Shown here in pieces: positions 38,553-49,150 of a stretch of DNA of 64,000 nt. Within the stretch, counting starts at the first letter, position 1. The number at the start of each line of letters is the position of its first letter. Both the position numbers and the translations under genes were made by a program. The notes below the pieces were generated by a model that worked only from the letters and a program-made list of their open reading frames with translations, ran no database searches and was not told the origin of the DNA. Source of the stretch: Promethearchaeota archaeon (GTDB lineage Archaea > Asgardarchaeota > Lokiarchaeia > Sigyniarchaeales > SOKP01); NCBI GenBank assembly GCA_016840085.1, contig JAEOTA010000004.1, forward strand, positions 128,001 to 192,000, given 5' to 3'.

Positions 38553-39644
38553 ATGGAAGATAATTATCGAAAATTGCAAGAACATCTTGATAAAATGCCC
38601 ATTGGATTTCCTCCTGCAGAATCAGGTTCGGATATACGTTTATTAAAACATCTATTTACACCTGAAGAAGCAAAAATAGCTCAATATTTAAGATTTGGAT
38701 GGGATAAAGATCTTGAGCCACTAGAGAAAATATACGGAAGAGCAAAAGAATCTGGAATTTCTCTTAAACAATTAGAAGAAAAATTAGATGTCATGGCTAA
38801 AAAAGGCTCCATCACGTCAAAAAGAGAAGGGGAACAAAAATTTTATGGGAATGCAGCGTTAATCGTTGGTATATACGAATATCAAGTGAATAAACTCACG
38901 AAAGAATTTTTAAAGGACTTAGAAGAGTATATTATTGAAATTTGGGGTAAAGAAGCTAACCCTACGGATTACCATCAACTACGTATTATTCCAGTTGATA
39001 TAAGTATTAAACCAGAGCATAATATTTCCCCTTATGATAATGTAAAAAAAATTATAGAAGATAGTAAAGGTCCATTTGTAAAAATCAACTGTATTTGTCG
39101 TCAAGAAATGGATATTCATGGAGACCCTTGTAAAATGACTAAAAATAAAGAAAATTGTCTTGGAATTGGAACTATGGCCCAAAATTATATTGATCAGGGA
39201 TGGGGGACTCAAATTACTAAAGAAGAAACTCTTAAAATTTTGCTCCAAAATCAAGAAGAAGGCTTAATATTTCGACCGAATAATGCCCAAAATATTGATT
39301 TTATTTGTAGTTGTTGTTATTGCTGTGATGGAGGGATCTCTAGCTTATTGAAGATACCAAATCCCGCTAATTATGTTGATTCTAATTTTTATTCACAAAT
39401 AGATCATGAATTATGTACAGGGTGTGGTACTTGTATTGAACGTTGTCAACTTAAAGCTATATCTCTTACTGAGGATGTAGCTTCAATTGATAGAAAAAGA
39501 TGTATTGGTTGTGGAAATTGTGTTGCAGTTTGTCCTTCAGATGCGATCACACTTCAGAAAAAAGAAGATGAGTATATTCCTCCACCAACTATGGATGATT
39601 TATACGATTTGATTTTAGAAGCAAAAACCAAATTAAAAAAATAA
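38553..39644 (+). CDS. HTH + Cys-cluster + 4Fe-4S dicluster protein, paralogue 2
   Basis: Same architecture (FICSCCYCC, CTGCGTCIERC, CIGCGNCVAVCP). Confidence 0.88.
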   Translation: MEDNYRKLQEHLDKMPIGFPPAESGSDIRLLKHLFTPEEAKIAQYLRFGWDKDLEPLEKIYGRAKESGISLKQLEEKLDVMAKKGSITSKREGEQKFYGNAALIVGIYEYQVNKLTKEFLKDLEEYIIEIWGKEANPTDYHQLRIIPVDISIKPEHNISPYDNVKKIIEDSKGPFVKINCICRQEMDIHGDPCKMTKNKENCLGIGTMAQNYIDQGWGTQITKEETLKILLQNQEEGLIFRPNNAQNIDFICSCCYCCDGGISSLLKIPNPANYVDSNFYSQIDHELCTGCGTCIERCQLKAISLTEDVASIDRKRCIGCGNCVAVCPSDAITLQKKEDEYIPPPTMDDLYDLILEAKTKLKK

Positions 39645-39674
39645 AAATCAAGAGAAAGTAGATAATTAAAATTT

Positions 39675-40991
39675 TTATTCTAATTTTATTTTAATATATT
39701 TTTCTTGTAGTTTTAACATCTCTTCTAGTATTTTTTTTGCCTGCCAATAAGTTTCCACTACTGGATCAGCGAGTAATGCCTGTAATGCAAGTTTCTTAGA
39801 TCTTGTTAGTATAGCCTCAACTACTAAATCCTGAACTGAAGCTTGAGTGTTTAACAGTGCCGCAAGCCCTTTAGGATATTCTCCAAGTTTAATACCATGA
39901 ATACCATTTTTATTTATAATTGCAGGACATTCAACAACTAGATCTCGTGGCAAATTGGTAATAATACTATCGTTGGGAATATTTACTGAAGGTTCTTTAT
40001 TGTCAGTATCACTTAAAATACCTTCAATAATAGGTATAGCCCTCTCTTCATCAGGCACTATCAATATAGTGCTCTTTCCCCTTTTTATTAATTTTTTTAG
40101 TCTTTCAAAATTATTTTTTAAATAAGCTTCATAATCTCTATGAAATTTACGGACTGAAGGTATATCTGCTTTTTCCCATGCCCATTGTACATATTCACCA
40201 TAATGGGAGTCTGTAGTATATGGTAAGTATCTATACGTTTCTAAAATAAAAGCAATTAAACCGTAGCCATTATCGAGATAAGGGCCATTTACTATTGATC
40301 TAAGTATTTTTGGTCCATTTTTTCGTATATCTGGATATGCATCCTTATCTGTATCTTTATATTTAATGTCTAATATAACACCAAAATGATTTAAGCCTCC
40401 TGCTATAATCTCTAAATTTGAAATTGATGTTCCAAGAATTCTCTTTAATATCGGGTAGAAATCATGGAGTTCATGGCAAAGTCCAACAAATTTTAAGGAA
40501 GGGTATTTTCTTTTAATTGCTAAACAAATTGTACTCATTGGATTAGAATAATTAATTATTAAAGCATTTGGACAGAATTTCTTAATATCTTCACATATAT
40601 CTAAAATTGGAGGTATAATTCTAAGAGAATGAAAAAATCCTCCTGGTCCTCCATTTTCACCAAAAATTTGTTTATTTCCATATTGTAGAGGTATCTGATA
40701 ATCCATATCTAATAACTCAAATCTAGGAGTAATTTCTATAGAATTAATAATATAAGTAGCATTTTTTAATGCATCTTGTCTAATTAAAGTAGATTCTAAA
40801 GTGAAATCTAACTTCCTCTCATCAATTGCAGATTGGCATGCTCTGAACGCTAAATCAAGAGTTACAGCATTTATATCATGCAAACAGATAGTAGAACCTT
40901 GTAAAATTTCACTGCTTAGAGTCGAACCAACTGTTCCCAACCCGAACTGAAGAGATCCTGCTCCTATTAATACAATTTTTTGTTTTGTCAT
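39675..40991 (-). CDS. glycoside hydrolase family 4 (NAD+/Mn-dependent alpha-galactosidase/glucosidase)
   Basis: IVLIGAGS, GENGGPGG, NYSNP, VGLCH, GLNHF, SHYGEY, ALLADP. Confidence 0.92.
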   Translation of the reverse strand: MTKQKIVLIGAGSLQFGLGTVGSTLSSEILQGSTICLHDINAVTLDLAFRACQSAIDERKLDFTLESTLIRQDALKNATYIINSIEITPRFELLDMDYQIPLQYGNKQIFGENGGPGGFFHSLRIIPPILDICEDIKKFCPNALIINYSNPMSTICLAIKRKYPSLKFVGLCHELHDFYPILKRILGTSISNLEIIAGGLNHFGVILDIKYKDTDKDAYPDIRKNGPKILRSIVNGPYLDNGYGLIAFILETYRYLPYTTDSHYGEYVQWAWEKADIPSVRKFHRDYEAYLKNNFERLKKLIKRGKSTILIVPDEERAIPIIEGILSDTDNKEPSVNIPNDSIITNLPRDLVVECPAIINKNGIHGIKLGEYPKGLAALLNTQASVQDLVVEAILTRSKKLALQALLADPVVETYWQAKKILEEMLKLQEKYIKIKLE

Positions 40992-41206
40992 TTTAATTTA
41001 CCCGATTTATTAAAGTCAACTAAGTTTTTAAATGATAATGATTCATTACTTAATAGGATTTCTTTAAAGGAAAATATGAATATTTCAATAGATATAATAA
41101 TTAAATTAAGCAAACAAAAATTAGAATTTGAAAAGATTACAAAAAATTAAAAAAAAGAAGGTTCATAATATAGATTTTTAGGTTTGAGTTAAATAATCTT
41201 TTTTCT

Positions 41207-42004
41207 CTATCCTTGAAATCTCTTTTCTAGAGTTTTTTGATGTAAGGTAATAGCTAAGAAGAGGAACCCAAAGCCAAATACTAGCAAAACTCCAAAATCA
41301 ATCAACAGTCCAAATGTTCCAAATGCACTAACATCTCCTAATCCAACATTTATTATATCTATGAAATATGTAAGTGGAGATATAACAGCAATTGGAAGTG
41401 TAGAAATTGGCATAAAAAGGGGGCTTATAAATAACAGAGGAAATTTTATCAATACAGTCAAAATCATTGTATTAGCAGGAGTAGTAGTAGGTGGAACTGA
41501 TAATATAAGACTAAAACTTGCGAAGGATAATGCAGAAATTATCATTCCCACAATTAAAAGAATCAAATTTATCGAAATTGGCAAAGATAAAAAGAAAAAT
41601 CCTAAAATAAGAGGTATCGATGAAAATATCATGCCAAATAGAAATGAGCTCCATAAACTACCGAGTAAAATTGTTTTAATTGAAAGTGGACATGTAATTA
41701 ATCTTTCTAATGTTTTTTGCCTAGTTTCCCATGGAAATATAATTGGACCGATGGATGTTGTTGATAAAAATAGAACCATTGCCATTAACCCGGAAACTAA
41801 ATAAAGAGGTGATATATTTCTTCCTATGGTAAAGGCGAAAAATAATATAACCGGAAATAATATGCCTTGAATTAACACAGGAGGCTTGTTATAATATATT
41901 TTGAAATCCTTTTTAGAAATTATTAAAGATCTCCTCATTTGGGTTTTGAATCTGTTAAATCTAGACTTTTTAATTAATGAATATTCTTCGCTAATTCTTA
42001 TCAC
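41207..42004 (-). CDS. ABC-2 transporter permease
   Basis: ETRQKTLERLITCPLS, PLLFISPLFMP, ISPLTY; start uncertain (GTG 42004 or ATT after the GAGGTGA SD). Confidence 0.85.
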   Translation of the reverse strand: MIRISEEYSLIKKSRFNRFKTQMRRSLIISKKDFKIYYNKPPVLIQGILFPVILFFAFTIGRNISPLYLVSGLMAMVLFLSTTSIGPIIFPWETRQKTLERLITCPLSIKTILLGSLWSSFLFGMIFSSIPLILGFFFLSLPISINLILLIVGMIISALSFASFSLILSVPPTTTPANTMILTVLIKFPLLFISPLFMPISTLPIAVISPLTYFIDIINVGLGDVSAFGTFGLLIDFGVLLVFGFGFLFLAITLHQKTLEKRFQG

Positions 42005-42980
42005 CTCTTTCAACTATTTTTAAAAAAGCCTCTTCTAATTTTGGTTCATGTGTGTTTATTTGTTTTATAATCAAATTATTTGATTTTATATACTCAATAA
42101 TTTCAAAGATAGCATTGTGAATATCTTCTACAATTATATGAAACCCTCCTTTTACTTCTTGAACTTCTTTTACTGTTCTTAAATTCTGAATTTCAGACTT
42201 GCTTGCTCTATTAATGAAATAAAAATCGATAGCTTGATATTCTTGAGTTAAATCTTTTAAGTTTTCTGGAGTATCTAAACTTATGATTTTACCATGATTA
42301 ATAATTGCTATTCGATGGCATAATTCATTAGCAACTTCCATATCATGAGTTGTAAGAAATATCGTCATACCCTTTTCATTATACTCTTTAATTAACTTTT
42401 TAATTATTCGTGCAGATTGAACATCTAATCCGCTTGTTGGCTCATCTAAGAATAAAATTTCTGGATTACTCATAAGTGCCATACATAATAATAATCTTTG
42501 TTTCATTCCCTTTGAATATTTCATCGATTTCAAATTGCGTTTATCAAATAATTCAAATTTTTTTAATAGCATTTCAGCCCTCGCAACTCGGTTTTTCTTA
42601 TCAACTCCGTAAATTTCTCCGATAAAAATTAGGTTTTGCCAACCAGTAAGGTCCAAATATACATTTGCTTCTTCTGGAACATTTCCTGTAATTTGTTTTA
42701 CAGCGATTGTATTTTTCCAAACATCTTGTTTAAATATAGAAATTTTTCCATTAGTAGGCTTTAATACTCCTGTCATCATCCTAATTGTGGTTGTTTTCCC
42801 TGCCCCATTAGGGCCTAGAAAGCCAAAAATCTCTCCTTTTTCTACTTCAAAACTGATATCATCAACAGCACGAATAATCTTTCGACTATTTTGTTGAACC
42901 CTTTTTCTTTCTTTACCCTTACCTCCATATTTAGATGGACTAAAAAATTTAGATAAATTCTTTACTACAATTGCTTCCAT
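41991..42980 (-). CDS. ABC transporter ATP-binding protein (DrrA-like)
   Basis: GPNGAGKTT, YSKGMKQR, LFLDEPTSGLD, TTH. Confidence 0.95.
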   Translation of the reverse strand: MEAIVVKNLSKFFSPSKYGGKGKERKRVQQNSRKIIRAVDDISFEVEKGEIFGFLGPNGAGKTTTIRMMTGVLKPTNGKISIFKQDVWKNTIAVKQITGNVPEEANVYLDLTGWQNLIFIGEIYGVDKKNRVARAEMLLKKFELFDKRNLKSMKYSKGMKQRLLLCMALMSNPEILFLDEPTSGLDVQSARIIKKLIKEYNEKGMTIFLTTHDMEVANELCHRIAIINHGKIISLDTPENLKDLTQEYQAIDFYFINRASKSEIQNLRTVKEVQEVKGGFHIIVEDIHNAIFEIIEYIKSNNLIIKQINTHEPKLEEAFLKIVERGDKN

Positions 42981-43032
42981 AATTTATACCTCATAATTAA
43001 AAATATAAAAAAAAATAAAAGATTATTTAATA

Positions 43033-43188
43033 TTATTCTTCCTTATTTTCTAATTCTAAATGTCTTAATAGCTTTGAAAGGGGTTGATCACCATGACATT
43101 TAATAATTTGATTTAAGGAACAACCACTTGGATGTTTTTCTTTAATTTCTGGGTATGAACAAATACTAGTTTCTTCTTTTATTTTCAT
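43033..43188 (-). CDS. 51-aa Cys/His small protein
   Basis: MKIKEETSICSYPEIKEKHPSGCSLNQIIKCHGDQPLSKLLRHLELENKEE*; first gene of the ABC operon, below the ORF-track cutoff. Confidence 0.65.
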   Translation of the reverse strand: MKIKEETSICSYPEIKEKHPSGCSLNQIIKCHGDQPLSKLLRHLELENKEE

Positions 43189-43243
43189 TTTTAGCCACTT
43201 AACGTCTTATTTCTTAATTTTCACTTATTCAATAAAATTTTTA

Positions 43244-43270
43244 ATTAGTTAAATATTAAACTTAACTAAT
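43244..43270. promoter_or_regulatory. candidate operator between divergent ArsR-like gene and ABC operon
   Basis: ATTAGTTAA-N9-TTAACTAAT perfect inverted repeat. Confidence 0.45.
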
Positions 43271-43318
43271 CAAAAGTTATATTTAAATATTTCCTATTTT
43301 ATATTATAATCATATAGA

Positions 43319-43687
43319 ATGGAAAATTGGGATGTTATGAAAGAAATTGACCTTTCAGAAATAGGCGATTATGTTCGAGCGCTACATTGCGGGATACGGT
43401 GGAAGATAATTGAATTTCTAAGAGATAGTCCAAAATCTTCTGATGAAATTTTTAATCATTTAGTTGAGTTAAGCGAAGAAGTATCAGAAGACATGAATAA
43501 TTGTAAAGGAGAATGTAAAAACGTAATTAAAAAGAATTTGAAAAAACCTACTCTCTATTATCATTTAAGGGAATTAGAATCAGTTGGGATAATAAAATTA
43601 GATGAATACAAACCTAGCGAACAAAAGAGAGCACCAGAAAAAGTATGGAAGCTAAATATGGAGAAATTGACCATAAACTTAAAATAG
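43319..43687 (+). CDS. ArsR-like winged-helix regulator with Cys residues
   Basis: RALHCGIRWKIIEFL...KPTLYYHLRELESVGII; CKGEC insert. Confidence 0.8.
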   Translation: MENWDVMKEIDLSEIGDYVRALHCGIRWKIIEFLRDSPKSSDEIFNHLVELSEEVSEDMNNCKGECKNVIKKNLKKPTLYYHLRELESVGIIKLDEYKPSEQKRAPEKVWKLNMEKLTINLK

Positions 43688-43784
43688 AATTTTCTGCTTT
43701 TTCTTTTTAGGTTATTAAGGATTTACGAATAGAATTATGAAACAATGCAATAAATATTTTTTATTGTTAAAATTCTAGATAAAT

Positions 43785-43919
43785 ATGTTTGCAAAATGTA
43801 AAGAATGTGGAATGATAAGATCTGTGAAGGATCTTGTTTTGTTAGAAGATGGAAATCACATGTGTTTCTCATGTTGGAATCAGTACTTTAAGGAGAGAAA
43901 AGAAAACTCTCATAACTAA
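43785..43919 (+). CDS. 44-aa zinc-finger microprotein
   Basis: MFAKCKECGMIRSVKDLVLLEDGNHMCFSCWNQYFKERKENSHN*; two CxxC. Confidence 0.6.
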   Translation: MFAKCKECGMIRSVKDLVLLEDGNHMCFSCWNQYFKERKENSHN

Positions 43920-43941
43920 ATTTTGTTAACCTTTTTATTTT

Positions 43942-44163
43942 TTAATATGCACACAGATAAGTATATTTTTCCAGGTCAAACTTTTTTATTTTAATCTCTT
44001 CTTCTAAACCTTTTTTAGGAATCAGAGGCATTTTAACAACTATTTTATAATTTTCTAAATAGATATTATTGTAAAACACATTCCTAAATTTATCCCAATC
44101 GATGAACCTTTGAATTTCTTTTTCCTCTTTCTTCACTGTTGGGACTAATGACACAATTTTCAA
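43942..44163 (-). CDS. small hypothetical protein
   Basis: 73-aa ORF, TTG start. Confidence 0.5.
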   Translation of the reverse strand: MKIVSLVPTVKKEEKEIQRFIDWDKFRNVFYNNIYLENYKIVVKMPLIPKKGLEEEIKIKKFDLEKYTYLCAY

Positions 44164-44551
44164 TTATTTCTCTGTATAACTTAATTATAATTCAAAAATA
44201 ACTTAAAATTTTTCTACTTATTATTATTAAAAAGCTAGATTTATTCTTATTTTTTGTATAGATGATTAATTCTTATAGATAAGGTTGAATTTATATCATC
44301 AATATTATAATAAATGGCATATTTAAATGTTTCTTTAATCTATTTAAAGAAAATCTACACTTTAAATAAGGATTTAAAATTTTTAATCCAAGAATTCACA
44401 TAAAAAATTAAATTATTTAATAAAAAAGACTCTTATACGATTATTAAAATACTTATTCTGAAAATTCCAAATATTATTAATTTATAATTCACTTCTCGAT
44501 TATGAATTTAAATAGAATAGACTATAATTTAAAGAAATCAAGACAATTAAT

Positions 44552-46516
44552 ATGGGAACAGGGTTCTTTGGTAAAATTCTATGGGTTAATCTTACTGAAG
44601 GGACTTTCAAGGAAGAATCGCTACCCGAAATGATGTATCGTCAATATTTAGGGGGATATGGGTTAGCTGTAAAAATAATTTACGACAATATGCCTGCTAA
44701 AATTGATCCTTTAAGTTCTGAATCAATTTTCGGTTTTTTTCCGGGATTATTAACAGGGACAGCAGCACCATTTTCAGGAAGATATATGGTTGCTGGAAAA
44801 TCTCCATTGACAGGGACATGGGGAGATTCTAATTCTGGAGGAACATTTGGTCCTGAAATAAAAAAGTGCGGGTATGATGCTATATTAATAATAGGCTCTG
44901 CATCAAAACCTAAATATATTTCAATAATAGGAGAAGATAAGGAAATATTAGATGCTACAGATATATGGGGTTTAGATATTATTGAAGCTGAAGAAAAACT
45001 TAAAAGAAAACATGGGAAATTCATTAAAACTGCTGGAATAGGACAAGCTGGAGAGAAGATATCTCTAATTTCTGGAATCGCCAACGATAAAGGTCGAATT
45101 GCAGCTCGCTCTGGCTTTGGAGCAATAATGGGTTCAAAAAAATTAAAAATGCTCGTTTTATCTGGAAAAAATAAACTATCTTTTAATAATAGAAAAAGAT
45201 TTTTAGATTCTGTAAAGATTTATAATGAAGGAAGTATAAAAGGAGAACCTGGTAAATTTATTAAGTCAATTTTAAAAAATGTTCCAAATTTAGCAAAGAC
45301 CATTCGAAGATTTAAAATAAAATTTGCAGGACCACCAAATATGATAAGACAAATATATCGAACTTTTGGGACAAGTGTTGGAAATACCCTTTCCTCAGAA
45401 ACAAATGATTCTCCCATAAAAAATTGGAGTGGGATTGGAATGTACGATTTTCCATTTAAAAAATCTAAAAGTCTCTCAGCAACGAAGATTAAAAAGTTTA
45501 AAATAAGGGAATTTGGATGTTTTGGCTGTCCAGTTCAATGTGGTGGCATTTTAAGTGTTCCAGAATTAAATTTAGAAGAAACTCATCAACCAGAATATGA
45601 AACATGTTGCGCCTTTGGGGCTCTTTTACTAAATAATGATTTATTATCAATTTTTGAGATAAATGATCTCTGTAATCGAGCAGCAATAGATACTATCTCC
45701 ACAGGTGCTACTATTGCTTTTGCTATAGAATGCTTTGAAAATGGCATCTTAACTAAAGAAAATACTGAAGGTTTAGAGCTAACGTGGGGAAATTCAAAAG
45801 CGATTATTGAATTAGTGAAAAAAATAATTGATCGCGATGGAATCGGAGATATCTTAGCTGATGGAAGTAAAATTGCTGCTGAGAGAATAGGGAAAGATTC
45901 GTTCAAATATTCTATGACCTCCTTAGGTTCAGAAATAGCAATGCATAACCCAAGAGTATTTCCATCTTTAGCTTTTACTTATAATTATGATCCTACTCCG
46001 GGAAGGCACACTGCAGCAAGTATTGATTTCATGGATATTGGTCCAATCAATAAATTTCAGAAAGGATTCAAATTACCAAAAGGATGGAACAAAAATGAGA
46101 TAAAGAAACAAAAAGCACAAAAATTAGTCACTGCTTTCCACCAAGTATTAAGTAGTTCTGGTTTATGCTCATTTTCAACTTTATTCGGATCTTATCCGTT
46201 CCTTGATCTTATAAATTCTCTAACTGGCTGGGGTATAAATATTGACGAAATCATAAAAATAGGATTAAGAATTCAAACATTAAGACAAGCTTTCACTTTA
46301 CGTGAAGGGATAGATATTGCAAAAAATAACTTACCCGGAAGAGTAATTGGAGATCCCCCAGATATAAAGGGGCCAACAAAAGGTATAACTGTAGAATATG
46401 AAGATTTTTATAAAGGGTATTGTTATGAAATGGGATGGAATCCTGATAATGGATATCCTTTAAAAGATACATTGAAAGAGCTTGACTTAGAATTTGTTAT
46501 AAAAGATTTATATTAA
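44552..46516 (+). CDS. aor: tungsten-dependent aldehyde:ferredoxin oxidoreductase family
   Basis: YLGGYG, KSPLTG, AARSGFGAIMGSKKLK, CFGCPVQC, PEYET, DTIS. Confidence 0.93.
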   Translation: MGTGFFGKILWVNLTEGTFKEESLPEMMYRQYLGGYGLAVKIIYDNMPAKIDPLSSESIFGFFPGLLTGTAAPFSGRYMVAGKSPLTGTWGDSNSGGTFGPEIKKCGYDAILIIGSASKPKYISIIGEDKEILDATDIWGLDIIEAEEKLKRKHGKFIKTAGIGQAGEKISLISGIANDKGRIAARSGFGAIMGSKKLKMLVLSGKNKLSFNNRKRFLDSVKIYNEGSIKGEPGKFIKSILKNVPNLAKTIRRFKIKFAGPPNMIRQIYRTFGTSVGNTLSSETNDSPIKNWSGIGMYDFPFKKSKSLSATKIKKFKIREFGCFGCPVQCGGILSVPELNLEETHQPEYETCCAFGALLLNNDLLSIFEINDLCNRAAIDTISTGATIAFAIECFENGILTKENTEGLELTWGNSKAIIELVKKIIDRDGIGDILADGSKIAAERIGKDSFKYSMTSLGSEIAMHNPRVFPSLAFTYNYDPTPGRHTAASIDFMDIGPINKFQKGFKLPKGWNKNEIKKQKAQKLVTAFHQVLSSSGLCSFSTLFGSYPFLDLINSLTGWGINIDEIIKIGLRIQTLRQAFTLREGIDIAKNNLPGRVIGDPPDIKGPTKGITVEYEDFYKGYCYEMGWNPDNGYPLKDTLKELDLEFVIKDLY

Positions 46517-46575
46517 AAATCTATCCTATTTAATAGTTAAATTAATCCGATTAATATATTACAAAAAGATAAAAA

Positions 46576-47046
46576 ATGGAGAATTCGAACCTGAAAGAAT
46601 TGAAACTGTTTATAGAAAAAAATGTAATTAAAAATATGAAGAAAGTAAGAGGAAAACATGCGCCAATTGCTGAAATTATAGATAATAAGTTTTACAATTT
46701 ATCAGTGAAATCAATTTATGATTTAAAAGAAAAATATAAGAATCTATTCCTATTTATTGTTAAAAATTACTCTAAAACCCCAAAATTAAGGTATTTTTTA
46801 GTAATTTCTTTAGCTAATAATAGCTCTGATTTTTTAGTTCAATTAGCAAAAGACTTAGCTATTAAAAATGATTTAAAGTTAATTCAGTATTCAATTTTCC
46901 CAAAAAATTTGAGAATTCAATTACTTTTAATAAAACAAATTAATCAGATTGAAGATTACTATAATTTTATTGAAAGATTAAAATTCTTTCGAATGGAATT
47001 TCGAAATAAATTAGAAAAAATTAAGAATTTAGTAGAAAATAAATAA
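46576..47046 (+). CDS. hypothetical protein
   Basis: 156-aa ORF between aor and pyk. Confidence 0.65.
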   Translation: MENSNLKELKLFIEKNVIKNMKKVRGKHAPIAEIIDNKFYNLSVKSIYDLKEKYKNLFLFIVKNYSKTPKLRYFLVISLANNSSDFLVQLAKDLAIKNDLKLIQYSIFPKNLRIQLLLIKQINQIEDYYNFIERLKFFRMEFRNKLEKIKNLVENK

Positions 47047-47143
47047 TTTTTAAGGATAAACATAATAATAATATTAATCATTGTATTGTTATATCTCCAA
47101 GTGAAAATACTGTATAAACCAACTTAAAATTTATAGAAAAGGG

Positions 47144-48616
47144 ATGATAATATTGTTTAGACAGTTTAGACAGAACACTGTAAAAGTTACAGCGACCTTA
47201 GGTCCAGCTTCGAGTTCAAAGGTAATGCTTAAAAATTTAATTGATGCTGGGGTCGATATATTTCGATTGAATTTTTCACATGGTACACATGATGAGAAAA
47301 GAGAATTGGTAAAAAGAATAAGAGAGATTGATCGATATGTTGGAATCTTAGCCGATATCCAAGGTCCAAAAATACGAGTTGGGAAATTTAGGGATGATAA
47401 GGCATATAATCTAAATATTGGGCAAGAAATAAAAGTTTTTGAGAAAGAAATTGAAGGAGATCAAGGTCAATTCTCAATACCTTTAAATGGATTTCTAAAA
47501 TCTGTAAGAAAAGGAGATATCTTTTTTATAAATGATGGAATTATCAAAATTCAAGTAAAAAATAAAGCAGAAGACCATATTATAGGGGAAGTATTAGCAG
47601 GTGGAATGATAAGTAATAGAAAAGGAGTGAATATCCCTACAGGGGAATTACAGCAAAGAGTTCCTACTGAAAAAGATATTAAAGATTTAAAAATTATTGC
47701 TGAATTAGACCCAGAATATGTAGCAATTTCTTTTGTCTCTGATAGCAGTGATGTTCTTCATGTCAGAAAAATTCTTGAAAATTATGGTAATGATAAAATC
47801 AAATTAATTTCGAAAATTGAAAGACCCATTGCTTTAGATAATTTTGATGCGATACTTGAAGTAAGCGATGGAATTATGGTTGCAAGAGGAGACTTGGGGG
47901 TGGAAATTGACCCTGATAAAGTACCTTTATGGCAAAAAGATATGATTTATAAAAGTAATAAGGAAGGAAAACCAATTATTGTTGCTACTCAAATGTTAGA
48001 ATCTATGATAAACGCACCTATCCCTACACGAGCAGAAGCTAATGATGTATTTAATGCGGTTTTTGATGGAAGTGATGCTGTAATGCTCTCTGGAGAAACT
48101 GCCGTAGGGCAATATCCCATTAATGCTGTACGATATATGAATCAGATAGCGAAAACAGCAACTGAGAATATGCCAATGAGGATTCCAGATGAATATGATT
48201 CTGAGAGACTAACTCATACACAGACCCTTGGACATGCTATTCATTCATTAGCATCAGAGATGCAAGAATTAAATTTCAGAGGAAAAATCTTAGTAATTAC
48301 TCGAAGAGGGTATGGAGTGAGAATGATCGCAAAATATCGTCCTCCTTTACCGATTATAGCAATTACACCAATTGAACGGACAGCGAGAGAGTTGGGGCTT
48401 GTATGGGGCGTACAACCAATACATATAGAAAATATTGATTTTTTCAGTTTAAATGCTGAGGAAATAATAGAACAATCTGTAAAACATGCGGTTGAAATAA
48501 AAATACTTGATGAGAATGAACACGTGATAATTTTATTAGTTTCAAGGAAGTTTGAAAGAAGAGGGAATCTAGTAGGTTTTTATTATGTTGGAGAAATATT
48601 AGAAAATAGTTCTTAA
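47144..48616 (+). CDS. pyk: pyruvate kinase
   Basis: ATLGPAS, RLNFSHG, DIQGPKIR, ISKIER, MVARGDLGVE, ATQMLESM, MLSGETA. Confidence 0.97.
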   Translation: MIILFRQFRQNTVKVTATLGPASSSKVMLKNLIDAGVDIFRLNFSHGTHDEKRELVKRIREIDRYVGILADIQGPKIRVGKFRDDKAYNLNIGQEIKVFEKEIEGDQGQFSIPLNGFLKSVRKGDIFFINDGIIKIQVKNKAEDHIIGEVLAGGMISNRKGVNIPTGELQQRVPTEKDIKDLKIIAELDPEYVAISFVSDSSDVLHVRKILENYGNDKIKLISKIERPIALDNFDAILEVSDGIMVARGDLGVEIDPDKVPLWQKDMIYKSNKEGKPIIVATQMLESMINAPIPTRAEANDVFNAVFDGSDAVMLSGETAVGQYPINAVRYMNQIAKTATENMPMRIPDEYDSERLTHTQTLGHAIHSLASEMQELNFRGKILVITRRGYGVRMIAKYRPPLPIIAITPIERTARELGLVWGVQPIHIENIDFFSLNAEEIIEQSVKHAVEIKILDENEHVIILLVSRKFERRGNLVGFYYVGEILENSS

Positions 48617-48721
48617 AATTTATAATTAGAAATAAAAAATCCTTAGTCTTTTAGTATTTATATATTTCGCACTTCTTTTTGAATTATGTTATAGTACTAA
48701 ATCGATAATTGTGATTCAAAA

Positions 48722-49126
48722 ATGTATAATTCACTCAAGGTACACAACAAAAAACTATATACGGGTATGAGAGTAGGAAGTTCTCATTATTGGAATTATA
48801 ATAATGGTAAATGGTATGAAACTAAAGAAGCCCCGGATAAATGGAGTTTTCAATTCAATTCTTTAAAAACAAGAGTTAATCCTGCTCCAAATAATACAGG
48901 TGCAAGTCTTAATACAAAATATCATTGGTATATTATTGCTGATCAAATAGCAACAAAAAGAGATAATGACTCATATATGACTTCCATGAAAGGTGTAAAA
49001 TTTAAAATTGGCCATAAGCGTCCTTATTGGAAAACTTTTAGTTACAATTACCCAGAACAGATTTCATACAAAGAGAGGGTAATTACTATATTAGAAGAAA
49101 TTATTACAAAATTAAAAGCAGAATAG
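48722..49126 (+). CDS. conserved hypothetical protein
   Basis: YTGMRVGSSHYWNY..GKWYETK...YHWYIIADQ...KIGHKR; aromatic-rich pattern. Confidence 0.75.
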   Translation: MYNSLKVHNKKLYTGMRVGSSHYWNYNNGKWYETKEAPDKWSFQFNSLKTRVNPAPNNTGASLNTKYHWYIIADQIATKRDNDSYMTSMKGVKFKIGHKRPYWKTFSYNYPEQISYKERVITILEEIITKLKAE

Positions 49127-49150
49127 TTCTTATGAATTTGACTTAATTTC

